A stretch of DNA of 64,000 bases from Eledone cirrhosa (lineage: Eukaryota). This document shows, one piece after another, positions 40,850 to 55,356 of this stretch. Where the stretch lies: positions 99,324,001 through 99,388,000 of the forward strand of contig OZ024740.1 in the NCBI GenBank assembly GCA_964016885.1, read 5' to 3'. Both the position numbers and the translations under genes were made by a program. Under the pieces are notes generated by a model. It made no database searches. It had not been told where the DNA came from and was given only the letters and a program-made list of their open reading frames with translations. Numbering within the stretch: the stretch's first letter is position 1; every line of letters begins with the position of its first letter.

Positions 40850-41428
40850 GCATAATCAGGACCGCAACCTCTGGCGCTATGCAGTTTTGCGGAAGACCCA
40901 CCCTCTATTGTTCTCGGGATGAAGCTTGTACCTACCAGGCAACATCTAACTCAACCTTCTATCCCTTCTCATTCACCTCCCCAGCAGTAAACACACCTAC
41001 CCTACTAACCTGTCCATATTTTTTCCCCCAAGCCACTCCACCCTCCCAAGTCCCAAGACAAAAGTGCCCAATCCACACTATGAAGAACATCCAGCCCACA
41101 CTGTAAAGTGATCATGTAGGTGTCATGACAAAAAGCACCCAGCACACACAGTAGATGTGGTTGGAATTAGGAAGGGCATCCAGCCATAGAAAACGAGCCA
41201 CAAAACACCCAGCCCACACTGTAAAGTGGACGTGTAAAAGACATGGCAAAAAGCACCCACCACACACTGTAAATGTGGTTACCGTTAGGAAGGGCATCCA
41301 GCCATAGAAAACCAGCCAGAAACTCTCCTATATGAGTGAGATATGGTCACACGACACAACTTGCCCCTAGATGGGACAAACCCCTCTAACCAATGCTAGT
41401 GTGAAAGATGGATGTTAAACGATGATAA
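40850..41428 (+). mobile_element. RTE 3' UTR with internal tandem duplications
   Basis: CCAGCCCACACTGTAAAGTG units and AGGAAGGGCATCCAGCCATAGAAA twice; GATGAT tail. Confidence 0.8.
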
Positions 41429-41438
41429 TAATATATAA

Positions 41439-41819
41439 TCATCATCATCATCATCATCATTTTACGTCCGCTTTTCCCTGCTTGTAAGGATGGGACGTTA
41501 ACTGATTCTGGCTTGATTTCTACAGCTGGATGCTCTTCCTAACACCAACCTCGTTTACAGTGAGTGCTGGGTGCTTTTTTTCCGTGGCGCCTACACATCC
41601 ACTTTACAGTGTGGGCTGTGTGCTTTTTTGCCATGGCACCTCCACGATCACTTTGCAGTGGAATGATAGGGACCCCAGTCCTATCATCACATTTCTACAG
41701 CTGGGTAAACTGGAGCAATGTGAAATAAAGTGTCTTGCTCAAGGAAACGCATCACCCGGTCTGAGAATTGAACTTACAACCTTTCGATTGCAAGCCCAAT
41801 GCTCTAACCACTAAGCCAT
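41439..41819 (-). mobile_element. CORE-type SINE with RTE tail (same family as 10306-10651)
   Basis: Reverse complement aligns throughout; carries one extra 3' UTR repeat unit. Confidence 0.9.
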
Positions 41820-41840
41820 TATATAATAAATATATATATA

Positions 41841-41995
41841 TATACAATGATATTAAATAAATGGAAACTATATTTATAAAACCATTTTTATTTTATTTTA
41901 TATATTTCAAGGGTATCAAATTTTGGTACCCTTGATATAAAAGAATAAATATGGTTTTATAAATATAGTTTCCATTTATTTAATATCCTTGTATA
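41841..41995. repeat. Imperfect AT-rich palindrome
   Basis: GATATTAAATAAATGGAAACTATATTTATAAAACCAT and its reverse complement; centre near 41920. Confidence 0.85.
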
Positions 41996-42164
41996 TTATA
42001 CTGCAGAAAACTTGTAGAGTGCTCTGAATCAGTTATAAACATTTATATTTGTTGAATTACCAACAAATTGAATATCCCTTCTGCTTATATATATATATAT
42101 ATGATTGCTTCTACTTTTGGCACAAGGCCGACAATTATCCAAGTATATTATATATAATATACAT

Positions 42165-43430
42165 ATACTTAGCTTTTGTTGACCTAGAGAAGGCCTTTGA
42201 TAGGGTACCCTGATCTGTCAGCTGGTGGTCCCTAAGGAAACTAGGTGTAGAGGAATGGCTTGTGAGGAAAGTGCAAGCTATGTACAGCACTGCTCTCAGA
42301 GGGTAGGAATGGAGTCTAGTGAGGAATTACAGATACAAGTAACAGTACATCAGGGTTCGGTCGTCAGCCTGCTCTTGTTCATTATAGTCCTCCAAGCCAT
42401 AACAGAGGAGTTTTAGACTGGCTACCCATAGGAACTTCTCTATGCTGATGATCTGGTTCTTATATCAGAATCAGTAGAGGAGCTAGAAAATTAAATTCTG
42501 GCTATGGAAACAGCAGTTGGAATCAAGAGGACTGAGAGTGAAGCTAGCTAAGACAAAAGCATTGATGAGTAGAAAAGAGGACAACACTCTGATTCCGTCA
42601 TGGAAATAGCCATGTTCAATATGTAGTAAAGGAGGTGGCAGAAACTCTATAAAATGTACACAATGCAGATCTTGGTTACACAAGAGATGTAGTGGGATAG
42701 CAGGCAAACTAACGGGTTGGGAAAACTATGTATGCAGTAGTTGTACAGGGAAATTTGACAGTAGGAGTCACAGTGATAGACACATTTTTCAATTTGCAGG
42801 TAGGTTCTATAAAAGTGGTTGATAGCTTCCGGTTCCTAGGTGATCAGATTAACATGGGAGTGGCTGTTCCAAGGCCATAGTATCTACAATAAGGACGGGT
42901 TGGAAGAAGTTTAGGGAGCTGCTTCCTCTGTTGACAACGAAGGGTCTCTCCCTGTGTACAAAAGGCAGGTTATATGATGCCTGTGTGAGATGTGTGATGC
43001 TGCAAGGTAGTGAGACATGGGCAGCAACTGCAGAGGATATGCGACGGCTGGAGAGAAATGAAGCAGGCATGCTCCATTGGATGTGTAATGTCAATGTGCA
43101 TGAATGACCAAGCATAGATGAGTTGACAGAGAAACTGTGTATAAGAGGGATAAATTGTAGCGTACAGGAGAGAAGACTGAGATGGTATGGACATGAGATG
43201 CGCATGGAGGATGACTTCTGGGTAAAGAAGTGCCAAGAAATCCCAGTAGAAAGAAGACAAAATAGAGGAAGACAACAAAAACATGGGCGGAGGTGGTGAG
43301 AGCTGACCTCAGATCGCTGAAGCTTGCGGAGGAGATGACGAAGGACCCTGACAAGTGGAGAGATGATGTGCTGAATAGGACCCTTCCCACCCTTACAAGC
43401 AAGGAGAAGCGGACGTATGATGATGATGAT
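42165..43430 (+). mobile_element. Degenerate RTE LINE (RT to 3' end), divergent subfamily
   Basis: AFVDLEKAFDRVP, VHQGSVVSLLLF, YADD, GSETW, RLRWYGH; (GAT)n tail. Confidence 0.9.
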
Positions 43431-43985
43431 ATATGCATACCTCTTTTCCAGAAGTGAAATAAAATAGTTACTGAAAGATTTAAATCTACTCTTTTGGAAA
43501 TTTTTATCTAGTGCTGAAAACGAAAATATAGATATTGCTTTCTATTAAAATGACGTAATTATTCTGAATTAAATAGAATGGATTCTTCAATCCATTGTAA
43601 TTGGTAGTTAATATTCCAATAATTGTCTTCATACATATCATTGTGAGGCTATAATTATGTTAAAACTACTGCATGTAATAATAAACTAGAATCTGAGAAT
43701 TGTTGGATAACTTTGATAATTAATTCTATTAGAAATAATTGCAATAATATAGATGCTATTTAAGTCATGTATGAATATATGTGTGTGTGTCTTTGTGTGT
43801 TTGTGATTATGTCTGTGTATATGCGCGTAGATGCGTGTGTATCTGATAACCATACACAATCACCTTCAACATTTTTCATAGAAAGAACACTATATCAATA
43901 TATTTTAGGGTGCAGCTATAAATAATCAGCAAAACACACAAGGGCTTACACACATATACTAACATACATACACACACACACATAC

Positions 43986-44027
<42 letters not shown>

Positions 44028-44109
44028 CATGTGTACATATATGCATACGTAAATACATACTTCCTTGCATGCATACATTCATACATACATATGCATACAT
44101 ACATACATA

Positions 44110-44780
44110 CTCTCTGAAAGCAGTGTCAATAACCTCGATGAGTTTGTCATCAGCATGTGCTGATATTGATCTCTCACATCTTAGTTTATGTGGGATGCCC
44201 CTCAACCTCTCTAAGTTGTGCAGAAGTAGCTCAAAGTTCAAGTCATACAACAGGGATGAGAAGAGACAAACTTGGTAGAGTGAGTGCATGGTGCTAAACA
44301 TTTCTGAGAAGTGACTGTTTACTCTTACCACAGAGCAGATCAGTTATGCATTGTGTGTATTGCTGTGATCCATCCTCTGAAAATGAGTCCAAAGCCAAAT
44401 GCATTAAGGTCTACCAGCAGGTACTGATAGCTGACTTTATCGAAGGCTTTCAATTGATCTAAGTTGATCAGGCTGCCACATCTGTGAGGTTCCTTAGCCA
44501 CCCTCTCTATGATTATTACATAAGGTGGCATTTGTTGTGGATGAATCTTTTCAAAATGGTACATACATTACCAGACCACTGATGACAAACAATAACCTCA
44601 TTGCTCAAACCTTGACTAAAATGTTGAACTCTGCATTTAGCAGAGCTATGGGCCTAAAATTATCAATATGGTCCCCTCATTTGGATACTTTCCCAGCAGC
44701 ACTACCACACCTTGGCTCAGTTCACAAAACTGGAAATTTTCCTGTACTGTTGCCAGTTGCAGTAGTCATCTGTGTAAAGC
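44110..44780 (-). mobile_element. L1/Tx1-like RT relic
   Basis: RPIALLNAEFNILVKV, LINLDQLKAFDKVS, FGFGLIFRGWI, VRVNSHFSEMF, SAHADD. Confidence 0.8.
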
Positions 44781-45129
44781 TTATAATTTATCCCATATAA
44801 ACCAAGTGATTTCCAATCTCACCAAAAAACATGTGACTCATGATTCCTCTTCTAAGGGCCTATTCTAAATTACTAGCCCTACTAATCTAGTGTTCTCTAT
44901 TGCTATTCCTTTACTGAACCTTATTTATTCACCTCTAATTGCTCTTTTTCAGGGCAAAACACCATTTGTTATTGATGAATGTCCCTGTCAACACTTACTT
45001 AATTAATAAACTAATCCAGTTTCTGTAAGCTTTTCATGCCAGGAAGGATGTGTTCAGCTTCCAGTAAATAGATCCCAATCTATGAAGCCTTTCTGACTCA
45101 ACTACACAGATCACAAATTTCTAAGCACC

Positions 45130-45415
45130 AAAACAAAAACACGGATTAGAACCTAGAACATCCGAACACTACCCCAGGCAGGAAAGCTGGCTCAGCTACT
45201 GTGCCAGTTTGACCACTACCATCTGGAAATTCTGGGCCTGAGCAAAATCTTCTGGACTGGGAGCAGAAAGATGAGTGGCAGTGGAGGCATGATTCTGCTC
45301 TACTCCGGACACCAAGACAAGCATGTTCGTGGCATTGGATTTGTGCTTAGCACCCGAGCAACTTGAGCATTGATCAGATGGAGCCAGTCAGCAAACGTAT
45401 CATAACCTCTCAATG
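45130..45415 (+). mobile_element. RTE-like APE N-terminal fragment
   Basis: RIRT*NIRTL, EILGLSK, WTGSRKM, ILLYSGH, RGIGFVL. Confidence 0.65.
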
Positions 45416-45419
45416 AAAA

Positions 45420-46490
45420 TAGATGTGAATACAATATTTAAGGAACTAAAACAGGAACAAACCTACATATATCTACGGATAAATGAAGGCTAAGTTATTC
45501 ACCATGCCAACACGAAAGAGAGAATCTGGAAGGAATGTTACCAGAGAGTTTGTGTTGTATTGAAAACTGAATTCAACTCAAAGAATAAAATATCTGCCAT
45601 ATACATACTTGCAATCCCAGTTGTTACCTATAATGTCAATATCATAAATTAGAAAGTTAAGGAGATAAAGGAAATGGACACCACAATTAGGAAACATCTG
45701 ACCTGTAATAAACTACATTACCCAAAAGCAGATGTAGATTGCCTCTATCTTCCTAGACAACACAGAGTTAGAGGAATGATGCATGTTGAGTTGTTATGTA
45801 AAATATCAGATATTCGACTCAAACAATACCTTAAAACTACAAATAACTGGATGCTGATTGCAGATCATAAAAGGAAAGAGGTTACATTCAATCTGAAAGG
45901 AAAGTAGGAAGTTTGCAGAAGAACTGGGAATACATTTTGAAAATGATGGTGATTCTGCAATGAGCATGTTGAAACCATTGACCACCTGGTTTCAGGCTGG
46001 AAAGTATAAGCTACCAAGTATAAAACCAGGCATGATAGAATAGGACAATATTTACACTGGGTAATATGCTGGTTTATGGTTTATAAACAAAGGGAACAAC
46101 CTAAATGCAGTAACAGGAAAAAAGAGTGTGACACTCCTATGCGATTTCCTTGTGAACAATGACAGGACAATCAAGGCCAACAGACCTGATATAATTGAAC
46201 ATAAAAAGAAAACATTCTTCTTAATTGACGTGAATCTGTTATCAGATTGTAACATTTCCCTGAAAGAGATCTGAAAGCTCAGTAAATATAAAGATCTGAC
46301 AATTGAAATTGAGAAAATGTGGCATCTTAATGTCTATACATTACCAGTGATAGTCAGTCCACTCGGAATGATAAAAGGGAAAACTGAAAAATATGTGGAC
46401 CAGATACCTGGAAAATCAGCTCTGTAAGAGATATAGAAAATAGTGCTGAATGGCACTGTCCATATTATGAGAAGAGCATTACCAATTTAA
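45420..46490 (+). mobile_element. Degenerate R4/Dong-like LINE (RT C-terminus + RLE)
   Basis: NKISAI..LAIPVVTY, LHYPKADVDCLYLPR..RGM, DRTIKANRPDII, KLSKYKDL. Confidence 0.8.
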
Positions 46491-47099
46491 ATACCTTGCA
46501 GAGGCATTTACTGTAGTGTATGCTCTTGTTTCATCATTTTTATGATAATTGATAGTAAAATGTGTGTATTGCCAAATTTTGCCTCGAGTGTCATGTTGAT
46601 ACTCAGCATGATATGGGAAAGAAGCAGAATTCAAACTAAGTTTCAAATAATAGTATCAATAATAATTTTGATAGTGAGTGTGAGAGAGTAATGGTTTGTA
46701 TACCTCTGAATGGTCTGTAATTGGTTGTAGACCACTGTGGCTTGTACATGGTCTGTAGTAGTAGGGCTCCAATCTCTCTGTGTGTATCTGTAGACCTCAT
46801 GGGGTCTGTTGATAGTGGTAAATCTTTCACATAGCTTGTTCTGTAGTGGGGTGCTCTGATGTCTCTATTTCTGTAGACCACTGGGGTCTGTTGATAGCAG
46901 TGAATCCTTACATAGTTAGTTGCTAGCATAATGCTCCGATGTCTCTGGCTAAAGTAGGATGGAACATGCTCTATATATAGCTGTCACTTTCTGTGTCCCA
47001 CCTTGAGGGGATAGTCAACACATCAACCTGGCTACATCAAAAGGGTGTTGACCTAGAATTTGACCTTTAGGTGTCACCCAAGGTTCAAGGCGTGGACAG

Positions 47100-47460
47100 A
47101 TTTCGATACAGCTTCATCATGGGGCCACAGGGTGAATGAGAAGGAAAGTGAGAAAGTTGAGAAATATCAGGAGCTGAAGAAGGAAATAAGGAAATTATGG
47201 AGAATCAGACACTTAGAAGTGATAGTGATTGGCGCATTGGAATTAGTTAGTAGAAGGTTGGATGCATGGCTTGAAAAGCTATGAATTACCATCAAGGCGG
47301 AATTGTTGCAGAAAACAGCCTTGCTAGGAACAACATAGATTCTAATGAGGATGTTAGAAATTTGAAGGTAAAGGAATGACCCAAAGGACCTTTGGCTATT
47401 GGTTATGGCTCGCTCTTTTGGTATAGTGCCAGCTAGAGCAAAAGCATTACAAATGATAAT
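47100..47460 (+). mobile_element. R4/Dong-like RLE 3' fragment
   Basis: KESEKVEKYQELKKEIRKLW...VIGALELV, LLQKTALLGT; ends near a TAA-rich tract. Confidence 0.75.
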
Positions 47461-47947
47461 ACTACTAATAATAAGTGATGTGTGGTAAATATTTTGGAGA
47501 TAAAAGATGTATGTTGGTACATTATTTGTTGTACTGGCTTATTCATACCTCAATTGATAAACTGAAGATTCAAATGTGTTATGGCATATCTGTCGTTATC
47601 TAAATCATGCATTAATATATTTAAAAATAACATAATACTGCCTGTACGAGCACACAAATATATATTCATGATAATATGCATATATATATGTGCCTTCACA
47701 TGGTCACTTGTATACAAGCATACTCACAGATTTAGATGTACAATCACATATGTTCATGTAAACACCCAAGAACATATATGTACACTTGTATATATGCATA
47801 AACACTCACATATATATAGGCCTGTATATGTATATATTGTTGATTATATATATATATATATATGTATGTATATATATAAGTTATTCTGGGTTCAATCGGG
47901 GGTAACCACAGTAAGTAAGGTACTCAATACATAGCAGAGTATAAATG

Positions 47948-48069
47948 TTTTAATATAGAAAAGCTTCTACAGAACTAGAACTGTTTCATTCGTGAGAAAT
48001 CATCAGCTTCCTGATGATTTCTCACGAATGAAACAGTTCTAGTCCTGTAGATGCTTTTCTATATTAAAA
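47948..48069. repeat. 59-bp-arm palindrome carrying back-to-back hammerhead-like cores
   Basis: Arms 47948-48006 and 48011-48069; CTGATGA-TTTCTCACGAAT-GAAACAGTT at 48011-48038; stem I mostly lost at the inversion junction. Confidence 0.7.
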
Positions 48070-48667
48070 TATATATATATATATGAGAGGGGGGGGGGAG
48101 TAAGAGACAAAGAAAGAGAGAGAGAATGATAGAGAGGCATGCAGACATGCCAAATGCATATTTCTCTGTAAAATAAAAAAATGATAAACACCTATGACCA
48201 GCTTCCATGTCTAATTATGTTTAATCATAAGCCATTTATATCATCTCAACTACAATAAAAAAAAAACGTACATAATCGAAGAGCTTATATACCTTATCAC
48301 GTACAGGGAAATATGTATTTGGCATGTTTACATACCTTCACACTAAAAATTTGCAAATTTATATACACATTTATGCTGTTGCAGTTATTTCTATTCTGTA
48401 TATGCACAGATATACCTTTATCATACACACACATGCAAACCCGCAAATATGTGTGTGACATATATATATGTCATCATCATTGTTTTTACATGTTTTTTAC
48501 ATGCTTACATGGGTTTTATATATATATGTTAGATAGTCATATAACAACAGTTACAGGCGGTTTGCCATTCAAAGCAGTCAATGCTGTTATGAGGTCCATA
48601 TCATTTGGGTTGTAATCCAGAGTTATGGCTGTAGTGTGCAGAGTGTAAATAGATTTAAAACAGTCAA

Positions 48668-49067
48668 AGTCAGTGTTGCAGCATATGTACAAACTTTATT
48701 TACATGTTACAAATTACAATTGTTTCAATATCAATCAGCTCAGTGTACAATCAAGGTGATGGGGCCAACTCTTTTTCAACAGCTCGTCAGATATGTGAGC
48801 TTATATGTGCAAAGACACATCTAAACTAGTTTATATTAATCAATGTGAGGGGGCCTGACACTCTTGACATTTTGTCAGATATGCAAGCTTATATGTGCAA
48901 AGACACATCTAAACTAGTTTAGCTGTCTTTGCACATATAAGTTCACATATCCAACAAGATTTTGAAAAAGAGTTGGGCCCCATCACACTGATTGTACACT
49001 GAGCAGATTGATATTGAAACAATTGTTATATGTAAATAAAGTGTGTACATATGCTGCAACACTGACT
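48668..49067. repeat. Imperfect inverted repeat with internal direct duplication
   Basis: 48668-48830 mirrored by 48912-49067; AGCTTATATGTGCAAAGACACATCTAAACTAGTTTA occurs twice. Confidence 0.8.
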
Positions 49068-49074
49068 CTCTCTC

Positions 49075-49139
<65 letters not shown>

Positions 49140-49180
49140 ATGTCTATATATATATATAGAGAGAGAGAGTGAGAGAGAAA
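49066..49180. repeat. (CT)n / (TA)n / (GA)n microsatellite
   Basis: Direct inspection. Confidence 0.95.
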
Positions 49181-49404
49181 GGTGTTAACAGAACAGGGAT
49201 GTGCGGATCATACCATAGTATGGTCTGTTGGTTGTGAAGCAGACAAAAAGAAGTGCTCAACGAACTGTATAAATGGTACAAGACGGAGCATTATATATTA
49301 ATAACAGATTTGAGGCCATATTCAGTTGATTCAAGTTTATTTAGATCACTGAGGACTAGGAATTTTGATAGCCTGAGCTCTTCAGACAGCAAAACCTAAA
49401 ATAA

Positions 49405-50945
49405 ACATAGATGAATGGCTTGTGAGAGCTGTACAAGCTATGTATAATGAAACAGTCAGTAAGGTTAGAATTAACAATGAATATTGTGAAGAATTTAGTG
49501 TAAAAGTTGGCGTTCATCAAGGCTCTGTCCTCAGCCCCCTCTTATTTATTATTGCCCTTCAGGCTATAACAGAGGAGTTCGAGACCGGCTGCCCATGGGA
49601 ACTCCTATACGCAGATTATCTAACGCTCATAGCTGAATCAATGGCTGAACTCGAGAAGAAATTCGAAACATGGAAGTATGGCCTAGAATCAAAAGGCCTT
49701 AAAGTTAACTTGTCTAAGACTAAAGTTCTAGTTTGTAGAAAGGAAAATAGGGCACAGGTGCCCTCAGGGAAATAGCAATGCTCAGTGTGTAGGAAAGGAG
49801 TAGGCAGAAATTCCATTGTATGTCCCAAATGCAAAGTATGGGTACATAAAAGATGTAGTGGGATCACAGGTAAACTATCTAAGAACGTAGACTGTGGCCA
49901 ATGCTCAGGTGCAATAAGTAGCAAGTGTCCAAAGGATACTAGCTCCTTCCATTGCCAAGATGTTTCTATAGAAATAGTAGCCACTTTCCGTTACCTGGGC
50001 GACGAAATCAGCAGTGGTGGAGGGTGTTCTGAAAGTACAGTAGCCAGAGTCAGAACGGGGTGGAAAAAGTTCAGAGAGCTTATACCGCTGTTGACCACAA
50101 AAGGTTTCTCTCTAAAAATGAAAGGCAGATTGCATGATGCCTGTATACGAATAGCAATGCTACATGGCAGTGAGACATGGGCATTACGTGCAGAGGACCT
50201 GCGTAGACTGGAAAGGAACGAAGCATGCATGCTCCGTTGGATGTGTAATAGTATTATACGTGAACGGCAAAACATAAATGAACTAAGCGAGAAATTAGGA
50301 ATAAGAGGGATCAGATGCTGTTTACTTGAGAGAAGACTACGTTGGTATGGTCACGTCATACGCATAAAAGACGACAGCTTCATAAAAAAGTGCAGGGCGA
50401 TCAAATATGATGGTAATTACGGAGTAGGTAGACCAGAAAAACCTGGGATGATCTGATAAATTCCGACCTCACACACTTACATCTCTCTAAGACAATATCT
50501 CTGGACCGGGACCTTTGGCGCTACACAGTAATACAGAAGACCCGCCTTGCCTATGTACAAAGCGAAACCTACAGTCAGTAGGCACCTCTTAACCAAATAT
50601 ACACCCCAATCTACTACCCTACCCTATCCTCCCACTCCCACCAACAGCACGAGAATATGAGATCGAGTTCGTGTAGGTGTCTCGACAAAAAAAAAAACAA
50701 AAAAAAAACACAGTCCACGCTGTAATGTGGCCGTGTAGGTAACACGGTAAAAAGTTCCCAGTTCCACACTGTAAATGTGGTTGGTGTTAGGAAGGGCATC
50801 CAGCCGTCGAAAACCTGCCAGATAGTCCTATATGAGCGAGACACGGTCACCCGACCAGCCTTGTCTCAAGTGGGACAACTCCCGTCTAACCCATGCTAGC
50901 GTGGAAAACGGACGTTAAACGAAGATGATGATGATGATGATGATG
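49405..50945 (+). mobile_element. RTE LINE, 5'-truncated (second subfamily)
   Basis: [17 protein letters not shown] (mutated YADD), PHD-like insert, LHGSETW, RLRWYGHV; (GAT)n tail. Confidence 0.95.
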
Positions 50946-51084
50946 AAAGCTCATGAGAATCCTTTAAATTTGGAAAATCTAATTATTTCCAAACAAAAAG
51001 ATTTTATTTTCATGGTACAGGGGCCGAACGCGTGATGTTGTTTCTTCGAAGGCTTGCTGTTGAATATATATATAAATAGAGAGA

Positions 51085-52227
51085 GAAAGACCTCGTCATC
51101 CAAGCAGGTGACTTTAATGGACATGTGGGACAGTACCAGGATGGATTCAGCAGAGTTCATGGTGACTGTAGTTATGGCTCAAGAAATGAATAGGGACTGA
51201 GACTCCTGGAATTCTGTGATGCAAATGAACTAACCATCTGCAACACAAATTTCAGGAAACCAGCCAACCACCTCATTTCATATCAATCAGGTGAACACAC
51301 AAGCCAAATTGTTTACTTACTTGTTAGGCATCAAGACAAACAGACTGTAATAAATACTGAGTCGTTCCCTGGGGAAGAATGCACCACCCAACACAAGTTA
51401 GTTGTTAGTGATATCAAAATAAACAAATGACAACAAGTTATGCAGGAAAATATGGAGATGGAGGTTATGGGAACTAAAGGACCTTTCGGTTGAATATTGA
51501 TTTAGAAAAACCCTATAGGGTGCACTTGATGAGTGTGATAATGAGACAGATACATACAACGTAGAGGACAACTTGGAATTCTTACGTGACAATCTTTAGC
51601 GAACTACTAGCAAGACTGGCGGCTGGAGAACGTGCCAACCAGACTGAGGGTGATCTGGTGGTGGAACTATTAAAGCCAAGAGACAGGCATGAATAGACTG
51701 GGAAAATAGGGGTAGCAGAGACTGGTAAGATGTAGCTAAGAAAGAAGTTAAGTGACAGGTATACACAGCTTGAAGAGAGAGTGAAGAAAGTAAATTTGTC
51801 AATGTCTTGAGACATGAAGATCAGATACTTGAAGTGATCCGTATTGCAAGGCAGTGTGTCAGTGTGAATCGAGATGTAGGGAAACATGTGTTAGAAATGA
51901 CACTGGTGCACCAAGCACTATTGATGCCCAAAAGAAAGAAGTGTGGAAATATTACTATGAGAGATTAATCAATGTAGAGAATGAATGAGAGGAAGAGGCA
52001 CTACCCACAACAATGTAAATGTAAATGTGAAAGAAAGGCAGAGCTTGGATGAGCTGAGAAAGAAGCTGGGCTTAAGGGGAATTTGAGATGGTGTGCAGGA
52101 GAGAAGATTGCATTGGTATGGACATGTGATGCACAGGGACAATGTCTGATGAAATGCCATGCTGAGAAGGGCCCATCCAACCCATGCAAGCAAGGAAAAG
52201 CAGTCATAAAAACGATAGTGATGATGA

Positions 52228-52230
<3 letters not shown>
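51085..52230 (+). mobile_element. Degenerate RTE LINE with large internal deletion
   Basis: AGDFNGHVG, ICNTNFRKPANHLISYQSG, then a jump near 52010 to the 3' end (LHWYGHV) and (GAT)n. Confidence 0.8.
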
Positions 52231-52312
<82 letters not shown>

Positions 52313-52322
52313 TATATATATA
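52230..52322. repeat. (TA)n microsatellite
   Basis: Direct inspection. Confidence 0.95.
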
Positions 52323-52812
52323 GTTTATGTAATAAACAACATGAGATAATTATTTCATTTACCACTGGTTTCTTGAAGACAGATATATATGGCTGTCTTC
52401 ATTCATCAGAAAAATAATATGCAATGTATATTTAATATGGATTTGAAAACAGAATTTAAGATAAATGAAAGTGAGTCTGAAATAAAATAACGGGCAAAAA
52501 ATTGAGGGGGAAAAATATATAAATAAATATTCAAAACCTAAACATACACAAACTCAAACTTACACATATACGTAATAGTAGGTAAACGTATACATTCACA
52601 CATAAGTATAGGCGTGTTTGCATGGAAATACAATTACACACATATAAACGTGTGATCATATGATCACATATGCGCACCACACCCAGGCGCACATCCACAC
52701 AGGTACTCAGCAATAACCTATAAATATACATACACATGCACATCTCTCCATACATATATACATAAATATATATATATACATATATATATACATACATATA
52801 CACACACACACC

Positions 52813-52861
<49 letters not shown>

Positions 52862-53200
52862 ACACATGCATAATCCTCTATACATACCCGCACGCAAATA
52901 CACCTATATAGCCACAGACATACACACACAAGCCTATACATATATAAAATTCATGCGTACACATTCAAATATACGGACGCACGTACGCAACAAAAGGATG
53001 AGGACTTAACATATATACAAACACATATCCCCGCATACATACATACACATACAAATACACGTGCGTATATTCCATATATATACACACATATATATATATT
53101 TATATACACACATATATTTATATATACATATATATATATAAACACATATATATATGTATATATATATACATATATATATATAAACACATATATATATATA

Positions 53201-54573
53201 TCAGCAAGGTTAGAATTAACAACGAATATAGTGAAGAGTTTAGTGTAAAAGTTGGTGTTCATCAGGGCTCTGTTCTTAGCCCCCTACTATTTATTATTGC
53301 CCTTCAGGCTATAACAGTGGAGTTCAACACCGGCTGCTCATGGCAACTCCTATACGCAGATGATCTAACACTCATAGCTGAATCAATGGCCAAGCTAGAG
53401 AAGAAATTGCAAACATGGAAGCACGGCCTAGAATCAAAAGGCCTTAAAATTAACCTGGCTAAGACGAAAGTTCTAGTTTGTAGGAAAGAAAATAAGGCGA
53501 CGGTCCCTTCCGGGAAATGGCCATGCTCAGTGTGTAGGAAAGGCGTAGGTAGAAACTCCATTTTATGTCCCAGATGCAAAGTATGGGTGCATAAAAGATG
53601 TAGTGGGATCACAGGTAAGCTAACTAAGAACATAGATTTTACATGTGGCCGGTGCTCTGGTGCAATAAGTAGCAGCAAGTGCCCACAATACTACCTCTTT
53701 CAATTGCGCAGAGGGTTCTATAGAAATAGTGCACAGCTTCCGTTACCTGGGTGACAAAATCAGCAGTGGGGGAGGGTGCTCTGAAAGTACAGTAGCTAGA
53801 GTCAGAACTGGATGGAAAAAGTTCAGAGAGCTTATACCACTATTAGCCACTAAAGGGTTCTCCCTAAAAATGAAAGGCAGGTTGTATGATGCCTGCATAC
53901 GAACAGCAATATTGCATGGCAGTGAGACCTGGGCATGGTGTGCAGAGGATGTACGCAGACTAGAGAGAAACGAAGCTTGCATGCTCCGCTGGATGTGTAA
54001 TAGTAACATACGTGAACGGCAAAGCATAAGCGAACTAAGGAAAAAATTAGAAATAAGAGGGATCAGACGTTGTTTACTCGAGAGAAGGCTACGTTGGTAT
54101 GGTCACGTGATGCGCATGAAACACGACAGCTGTATAACAAAGTGCAGGGCAATAAAGATAGACGGTAGCTACGGAGTAGGCAGACCCAGAAAACATGGGA
54201 CGAGCTGATAAATTCCGACCTCACACACTTACACCTCTCCAAGACAATGTCACTGGACCGAGACCTTTGGCGGTACTCAGTAATAGAGAAGTCCCGCCTT
54301 ACCTAAATACAAAGTAAAACCTACTACAGTCAGTAAGCATCTCTAACAAAATACAACCCCGTCCCACCCCATCCACACCGCCCCTTTCAATGTAAAGTTA
54401 TGTTGGTGCCATAACTTCCATGCCGAAACAAATGAGATCGTGTAGGTGTCACGACAAAAAAACACACAGTCCACGCTGTAATGTGGCCGTGTAGGCAACA
54501 CGGTAAAAACCTCCCAGCCCCACACTGTAAATGTGGTTGGTGTTAGGAAGGGCATCCAGCTGTAGAAAACCCT
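53201..54573 (+). mobile_element. RTE LINE, 5'-truncated and lacking the terminal tail
   Basis: YADD, PHD-like insert, LHGSETW; paralog of 49405-50945. Confidence 0.93.
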
Positions 54574-54861
54574 GATAATGTTGCAGATGTGCAACGAAAG
54601 ATTTATGTAAAATATGTAAACTATATATATGTGTTTGTGTCTATATTGTATCTGTATTATTTTTGACCGTCGGTCAGTCAATGGCAACATTGAGGACCGA
54701 GTAAGTTAGATCGCAGATATAAAAGACAACGAGAAGCGAAAACCAACCAAACAGTGAGTGTGTTCTGTTATTAATTCTGGCAATATTACACAAATATGAC
54801 CCTCCCCAAGTATAACAATATTTGTTTCGACACACGATTTCATATAAAAAATCTCGCAGAA

Positions 54862-54948
<87 letters not shown>

Positions 54949-55049
54949 GCATATGTGTTCACGTGCAAATACAAGTACACGAAATAGGTGTGGGGACATA
55001 ACACGTACATACACACACACGCACACAAACACAATAAAAAAATCTACAT

Positions 55050-55102
<53 letters not shown>

Positions 55103-55296
55103 CACGCGTGTGCGTGTGTATACATACATATAGGCAGGCATACTATATATACACTTATACACGCAGGCAGGTGTATATATGTACACACACGCACGCACAT
55201 ATAAGGTAAGCGTACATACACAAACGGGGACTCCAATATGGGTAAGGTTATACTCACAGATCCACATGCAAAAGTTTATAATTATAGATATACGAA

Positions 55297-55356
<60 letters not shown>

